From contig OZ024742.1 of the NCBI GenBank assembly GCA_964016885.1, forward strand, positions 172,298,001-172,362,000: 64,000 nucleotides of DNA, written 5' to 3'. The position numbers and the translations under genes are program-made. This DNA comes from Eledone cirrhosa. Its lineage: Eukaryota. This document shows positions 55,038 to 64,000 of the stretch, in pieces; position 1 is the first letter of the stretch; every line of letters begins with the position of its first letter. The notes below the pieces were generated by a model. That model made no database searches. It was not told the DNA's origin and saw only the letters and a list, made by a program, of their open reading frames with translations.

Positions 55038-55884
55038 TGTGTGTGTGTGTGTGTATGTTCATATATACATATAATTTCTCATACATATATAATTGGATAT
55101 GTTTTATATATATATATATATATATACACGTGTGTTCCTATATATAAATATATATGAATATATATATATGTGTGTGTGTGTGTGTGGGGGGGAGTGTGTA
55201 TGTGTCTGTGTGAGAGTGTGTGTGTACGGACCAATACGTTGGAATGTAATCTATTTGTTAAAACACCACAAAAACAGCAGATAATTACGTTTTCACACGG
55301 AGTGCTTTTAAATATGAGTTCTATTTTGAGTTGTTTATGCTCTTGTAGTAGTTCTTGTTATTATCATTTTTTATTGCCGGTGTGTGTGTTGGTTTGTCTG
55401 TCATTGTTTAGATGTATGTGTATGTGTTTGTAAGTGTCTGTGTTTGTCTGGGGATAAAGGAATTGTAAACCTACACTGACGATTCAATACAACCAGCAAA
55501 AACGTCCATCATTAATGGAAACACGTATAGTAATACAATTACTTTTCGTGTAAAGTCTATGAGGACAGACGAAGTTTTAAATTGAGTGAAAAGTTTACCC
55601 ATTTCTATAATTCCTACTGGAGAATCATTTAACAGTTATGTATTTCAGTTACAGAGGTAAGAAAATACACGTTCGAAATAAAGAATTAATGTTATAAAAA
55701 GTCAAAGTATCATAGGAGATAACATCATATCTGCGTGCGCAAAATATTTATTATTTTGTGTTAAGAAAGTTGATGACAAATATATTCAACTTAATGTAAC
55801 TATATTTTATATTTTTGCACCATAATATTTCGATGATTTGTGTTGGTGTTTTGGTGGTTGTTCCTCTCATATGCATCATGTCAT

Positions 55885-56000
55885 TTACTGTCTGAGTTCA
55901 AATCCTGGTTAACTTTTCCTTTCATCCTTACGGGGTCGATAAACTAAAGTACCAGTAATGTACTGGGTATTTGCTGGCCTGGCGCCAAAAGTAGAAATAA
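55885..56000 (+). mobile_element. tRNA-SINE fragment (others at 58175-58230 and 59025-59200)
   Basis: gagttcaaatcc...tttcatccttacggggtcgataaa..gtaccag. Confidence 0.8.
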
Positions 56001-57779
56001 TGATTAATAAATTAATATTCCTATACTTAACCCCACAGGGAAACACTAGACATAATTAATTATGCTAGGGCAAAAGAATTGCGGCAAATATAACAAGAAT
56101 ACACACCTACAAACACAAACAATTTAATGTGTACAAATGTGTGAAAAGCGAAAATATTTCAATGATGCGATCTAGTTCCGACATATTTCACCAGGCTGTT
56201 TATTTAATTCAATATATCGGTGTTTATACTCTACAAATAATGACCCCAACTTAAGTAAAGATGCGATACAAACCAGTAATGAAACAAATTAGTTGTACCT
56301 CTAATTAAAAGTGTTAGTCTTATGACTTACAATTAAGGGTGTGGCAGTCTACCCGCAAACGACGTTTATATTAAATTTTTCACTTTTTCATTGTGATAGA
56401 TGTAGCTGTATTTTGTTTGCATGTGAGCAATATTGCTACATTATGGACATACTTCCGTAGATATTTCTTACAAATTTCGAGGTCTATGACGGCGCTGCTT
56501 CTGGTTCCTTAACCTTCATCAGAGAGGCTAACTCCTTCTTGGATGCTAAGATCATAATAAGCTAGTCACCTATCATTTCCTCTAATATTTCTTCTCACAT
56601 TTCCTTTCATCACTTCCTCTCATATGTATAAATATAATTGCTGTGTTTTAGCTCGATGATATGAACAGGTATATTGAGTACAAATCCTTACTTTTATTTA
56701 CCATTCATACATCTAATGTTAAACCATAGCTAATTTTTAATGACCACATTGCCCGTCATATAACGAGTGAAGCATTAGAAATATTACACAACTCTAAATT
56801 TAAGAAGCGGAGAATTGATAACGTCATTACAACGTAAGATAAAATAATTCGCGGTAATTGTTCCAGATCTCTGCATTTGGCGTTCAAATACCGCCAATGT
56901 TCTATTATCCGTTCGACGTCAGTAAATAAAGGAACGCTCCAGCAATATGGTCGATTATTTCGCTATGTTTCTCAGTCACCACTCTTCTTTCTCACTCTCT
57001 AACACCAAAATAAATTGGGTGGTTTTAGATCTGGAAATAATTGGACTCCGCCATGATTAAAAACATCATCTGAGATTATATCTGTCATTACGATGTCCCT
57101 ACCATTGCATCAGGTGTTATGGGCCCATGACATGAAATAAGCGTTTTACTATGAACAAAAGAATGGGAAAAAGTTTAAATCGAAAATATCTGTTAGAACA
57201 CGAAAAGTGTGAAACACAGAATGTTCACTTTTCGTGTTCTAACATATATGCCTAGCTTCTTTAAAAATTTTTCGGGGATAGCCGTGGTGGTGATCGTATG
57301 TCATTGGCTAATTTTCAACCAATCAGAGTACCTCTCTCTATATCTCTTCCACTGTTACTTACGCCTGTTTCTCTCTATCTGTTCCGTCTCTATTTATATC
57401 TCTTACTCTTTCGCTTTGCACTCCTCCCCTTCAATACCATCTCTCCCCCTCTCTATATATTTGTTACTCTATCGCTGCACGCTCCTCTCCTTCAATATAT
57501 CAATTACACACGCTTTACACTCCTTTATCCCCAGCGCCCCTATATATACACCCCCCTCTCCCGCATCTATATTTTAATGTACCGTTGCACCGTGAATATA
57601 TGTGTCTATATATATATACATATATATTGTATATACACATTCATGTATGTGTATACACATTCATGTATGTATATACACTGGTTTTATGTGTGTATTGTAA
57701 ATTTGTACTGTTAAAACACGAAACTAACATTCGATTGACACTTTGATTACCTGTACAGGCAATAGTTATTAGAATGCTG

Positions 57780-57814
57780 TTGAAGTGTGTATATATTTTT
57801 GGGGGACATCCTGT
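57780..57814 (-). mobile_element. Tc1/mariner terminal repeat remnant
   Basis: Minus strand tacaggatgtcccccaaaaatatatacacacttc resembles Tc1/mariner ends. Confidence 0.5.
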
Positions 57815-58585
57815 ATATACACACATTATATATAATACAATAAACAGATAAATACACACATATATATATGAGCTTATTTAATTATAAATATTGTGAATTT
57901 TTAACTCAGTTCAATTATATATATAAATGGCTTCTACAGGACTAGAACTGTTTCATTCGAAAGAAATCATCATAATATTGAGAGGGGGGGACTAGATAAA
58001 ATATTTCAAATCAAATGTGTATAAGTTATAAGTTAAAATGTATAAATAGAGACGATAGTGGAGGTATATCTGTTTAGTGGAACAGTAGACGATAGAATTA
58101 AATACAGACGAGAATCTCCCTTTAATGAAACAGCAGACGATAGAATTAAGGCAATTTAAATTTTAAGCATTTGCATTTTTGCCTTTCATCGTTACGGGGT
58201 CGATAAAATAAAGTACCAGTAATACACTGTCACTAGACGACTTTCAAATTGAATTGTTGGTTCCATTTCTTTAGTATTTTCAATTGTAGTTATCTACTTA
58301 AAAAGCGTTACACGGTTAGAGACATAATTCGTAAGTTATATCTTCCCTATTAAACCATTGCATTATTTCGCCTACAATAGAACAAAAATGAAATGTTCTT
58401 TAAAGAAACAGGAATATAACTTTATAAAAAAAAAAGTTGCATCCGCTTCTTTTATCATTGATAATTTTTTCGTTTTAATATTAATTGTTTTTTGTAGTTG
58501 TTTATATTAAAAATCTTACTGTAATATTTACTTAAACGAAGGCAAACATCTAAACTTATAGATTAATCTTGAGCGAAGGACTAGA

Positions 58586-58637
<52 letters not shown>

Positions 58638-59752
58638 AACGAAGAATGATAAAATTTCAAGCAAAGAGTTTAATTAGGTATATTTTGTAATATTATTAAC
58701 TAATTATTATAATTAACGCGCATATTTTGCTATCCCCAAACACGTTTACACATGGCATGAAATATAACTAATCCGAGATGGCTAGGTTTCATCTTCTAAC
58801 TGGATAAACGAAATCCATTATGTCTTGACAACAACATGAGGTAACATTATGTTATTCACAGACACACTTTGTACACTGTTCCATATCAGAATGTATTTCC
58901 TTCGTCACATTCACAAACAGTATTGAAAATATGTTCTTCGGCAAATAAAAATGTTTTGTTCATAATATTTCAACTAGCGATTGCTCTACTCCACGCACGA
59001 CCACCATAAATTAATGACCAGCTCAACACAAGTATTGGTAGAGCGTCAGACACCATGCTTTGCAGTATTGTTATGGTCCTTTGCATTCTAAGTTCAAATC
59101 CTGCCGAGGTTAACTTCGACTTTCATACTTACTAATTCGATAAAATAAAGTACCAGTAATGGACTGCCGTAATGGATTTGTGCCGAAAAATAGAAACACT
59201 ATTAATGTGCAATAAGAGCAAAATATAACGACATTGCTCAATTATTTTATCTAATGTTGTAATAACACAAGGAAATGTTGTTTGTGTATTTTTTTTTATA
59301 TTTGCTCATAGGCTTTTACAATTTCGCTCAGCCAACAACTATTAAAAAGTGAGTTGCTTAAGATAACAATTTAATCACAAATTGTTGCTATCTTTTAATA
59401 CACTCCAACAAGTCATCAAATTATGTACAATAAAAACAAATCTTATTAATTTGCTCAGGGAATATAAAGAAAATGTATATACACTGATAATTGCAAATGT
59501 ATGTAAATATTTTGTTTTTGTATTGTATATTTTGTTTTCTATTATGTATAATATATTGATTTAATATTGATTGTTTTTTGTAGTTGTTTATATTAAAAGT
59601 CTGAAAATATTTTTATACATCTTACACTAATATTTATAAGATAATTTATAATAACAATTACATAATCTAATTACATTACAACGATAATTTATTATTAATA
59701 TATATCCTGTTTAACTAGAGTTATTACAAGCGTTGCCTTAAAAAAATATTAA

Positions 59753-60709
59753 ACTAGACATGAAAAATGCGCAAGCTCAAAAGTGCCACAGAATGTTATA
59801 ATAAACCTTCAAAAGTGTGGGACTAGAGTTGTTGCTAAAAAATATTGTAATCATTATATATCGTACATTCTGTGGCATCCTTTATAAAAATAGCTTAAAC
59901 CAACGAAGCCTTTATTTTTACGCTATTTCACTTAGTTAATTCTTAGAGTGTAACATATAAAAATAAATACATCTATGTTTAATGTAATAACAGCTATAAA
60001 TAATTACGTAATATTATTATCATATACTCATAGTAACAAAATAATTGTGTTGAAACTTAATATGATGCTTATATGAACGATCAAATCTATAATGATAATT
60101 TCTTAAATATACTAATAGTAAAATAATTTAGTTATCTATTGTTACATTTTCATAGAACTATAATATTAACAATCGTATTGCATTATCAAATTTTTATCAC
60201 TACAAACTTTCATATTGGAATTACCTTAAGCCACTTATTATTACTTCGCTTTCGTACTTTTACAGCTGTAGATATTGCGCTGTATCTTATATCTAATATC
60301 AATATCTCGTGGTAATTTGCATGAAGTGTAAAATAGGTTTATTAATAACTTTAATATGAAATGTATTATACAGGGCTGCGGAGTCGGTCAAAAATTGACT
60401 GGCTCCAACTCAGGATCCGATACTCCATTATTTCCTAAATTTCAGCTCCGCAGCTCTGTTATTATATTAATTAATTTATTTTATAGTTGTAAATCATATT
60501 TTTATATGTTACACTCTAAGAATTAACTAAGTGAAATAGCGTAAAAATAAAGGCTTCGTTGGTTTAAGCTATTTTTATAAAGGATGCCACAGAATGTACG
60601 ATATATAATGATTACAATATTTTTTAGCAACAACTCTAGTCCCACACTTTTGAAGGTTTATTATAACATTCTGTGGCACTTTTGAGCTTGCGCATTTTTC
60701 ATGTCTAGT
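59753..60709. mobile_element. Non-autonomous element with near-perfect TIRs of about 210 bp and ACTAG...CTAGT termini
   Basis: 59753-59965 is the reverse complement of 60497-60709. Confidence 0.85.
60371..60458. mobile_element. hAT-like MITE nested in the TIR element
   Basis: TIRs cagggctgcggag / ctccgcagctctg; 8-bp TSD gtattata / ttattata. Confidence 0.75.
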
Positions 60710-60794
60710 ATAAATATGTATGCATTCTTGTTTAAATAACTGTTAGTAATTAAAATATTTAAAGTGCTAAACTTCTTGAGGAACGGGTGGGGAA

Positions 60795-60877
<83 letters not shown>

Positions 60878-60891
60878 TAGATATATATACT

Positions 60892-60927
<36 letters not shown>

Positions 60928-61008
60928 AGTATGTATACATATATATATATATGTATAAATATATATATTTTTGTATATATATATGTGTATACATATATAT
61001 ATATATGT

Positions 61009-61044
<36 letters not shown>

Positions 61045-61098
61045 ACATATATACATATATATATATACACTTATATGTATGTACATATACATATATAT

Positions 61099-61153
<55 letters not shown>

Positions 61154-61155
61154 CA

Positions 61156-61244
<89 letters not shown>

Positions 61245-61917
61245 TACAAATGTACGAGTGCTAATGAATTCCTTTCAGTATTTAATTAAATATTTCCGAT
61301 ATATGAATGCGTGTATATAGGTGAGTGTGACAGAAAGAGTGAAGGTGTATGTGAACATGTATGTATATTTGGTTTTCCTCATATCTATATATATGTGTGC
61401 GTTTCAAGAAGAGTGAGATAGTATGTGTACACGAATTTATGTTTGTTTGTCACCATAATGTTATGGAAAACAGTCATATTAAGCAAACATTTAATAATTG
61501 TTTTTACACACACTTAAACACTAACAAGCACATCGACATATTAAGAGACACACAAGCTCAGACACATCACCACAAACAAACACATGCCCCACATGCAAAT
61601 ACACCGGCAAACTCGCACACACAATCAAAAGCACACAAATATTTACAGAGAATATACAATTCAGTAAAGAAAGACATTAATTTATTTAAATTTTAATTTA
61701 AAATTTAATGTAGAATTTTCAAATACATTTTCATTTCATATGTATATACAGTAATAAGTTTTATGCATATGAATATAAATTGATTTTTGTAAAAATTACA
61801 TTTACATGAACACAAAAATACATATAATATTGAAGGAAGATTCCCTAACCCCCTTACCAATTTCTCAATCACATAATGGCTCTTCCTTCTCCCCGATCAC
61901 TCCATCGGTTTCTGTGC

Positions 61918-61962
<45 letters not shown>

Positions 61963-62048
61963 GGTCCGGATCAGACAGACCCACACAATGATCGCGTCTC
62001 GAGCTGTCCTTCGGGGAGACAATGCATCACTGATTTTTCGTTTTCTAT

Positions 62049-62968
<920 letters not shown>

Positions 62969-63019
62969 TATATATATATATATATATATATATAGATGGA
63001 TTTTTTAAATATATCAGAT

Positions 63020-63145
63020 AAGGTGTGGTAAAATATCAGGTGGACCATAACCCACCGGTGTGCTCGATACTTGCAGTAGAAGAGTGGGTAGTATGAAAAG
63101 ATTCAGGACACCCGACGGCTGAGCACTGGCCGTCTCGACGGCTAG
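63020..63145 (-). mobile_element. Diverged family A pLTR end
   Basis: ggaccataac.cacc...cccgacggctgagcactggccgtctcgacggcta. Confidence 0.7.
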
Positions 63146-63149
63146 ATCC

Positions 63150-63242
<93 letters not shown>

Positions 63243-63351
63243 ATGTGTGTATGTGTGTGTATGTATGTATGTATGTATATATAAATGTGCATGTGTCTGT
63301 GTGTCTGTGTGTCTGTGAATGTATCCCGGGTTTAATCGTGGTAATCACAGT

Positions 63352-63435
<84 letters not shown>

Positions 63436-64000
63436 TGTGTGTGTGTATATATGAAATTTAGTTCCCCCAATGTGTTGAACATAATAATAATCGATCTCTA
63501 TATTAAGTAGTTGAGAGAATCGAGCTGGTGATCAATTGAAATTATGTTCATGTATGTTGAGACACCTACATTTCAAATTTCCCAACGCTTCTTAATTCAT
63601 GTGGATGGCCACACTTGTAGCTACAGGGCTAACATGTTGTAAAACACTGCAAACGTGGCCAGTCTGTCTTTTGCGTAGTGGATTACTAATTTGTCCGTCA
63701 TGTTGCAGGATTCCATTTTTCGTGGATGACTCCTCTTCAGTATGCTTCACCCGATTTTCCCAACTATTATTTATTCTGATTGACTATTATTATATTCATT
63801 TGTGTTGGGACGACTACTGTTCAGATTCCAAAATGTACCCAATGATCCTTATATCAACCGGTCGTTTATTCGTATTTGTATTTTATATACACGTGTATAT
63901 ATACATATAAAAAAAATATACATACACATGCAGCCATACATATTGATATACATGCATGTCTCAATAACCTCACAGCTCTCAAATAACGTAATCTTAGACA

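Overview
AT-rich, microsatellite-laden eukaryotic intergenic or intronic DNA with no recognisable host gene. The SINE families and LINE repertoire suggest an octopus or other coleoid cephalopod, which is an inference. The window is mostly retroelements: a near-intact Dong/R4-clade RLE LINE (1125-aa ORF) apparently nested inside a broken RTE LINE with C2H2 fingers, a second degraded R4-like LINE, RTE-derived bipartite SINE-like elements, many tRNA-derived SINEs, MITEs, and numerous Penelope-like element (PLE) fragments of Naiad and Neptune type. The most striking signal is a dense, diverse set of type I hammerhead ribozymes (HHRs), all folded by eye. They include a 312-bp retrozyme-like tandem array with one minimal HHR per unit, HHRs with very long stem II insertions, a family with the compensatory U3:A8 core variant, and many HHR-bearing foldback elements sitting in (TA)n tracts. 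Most short ORFs in the supplied track are microsatellite artefacts.
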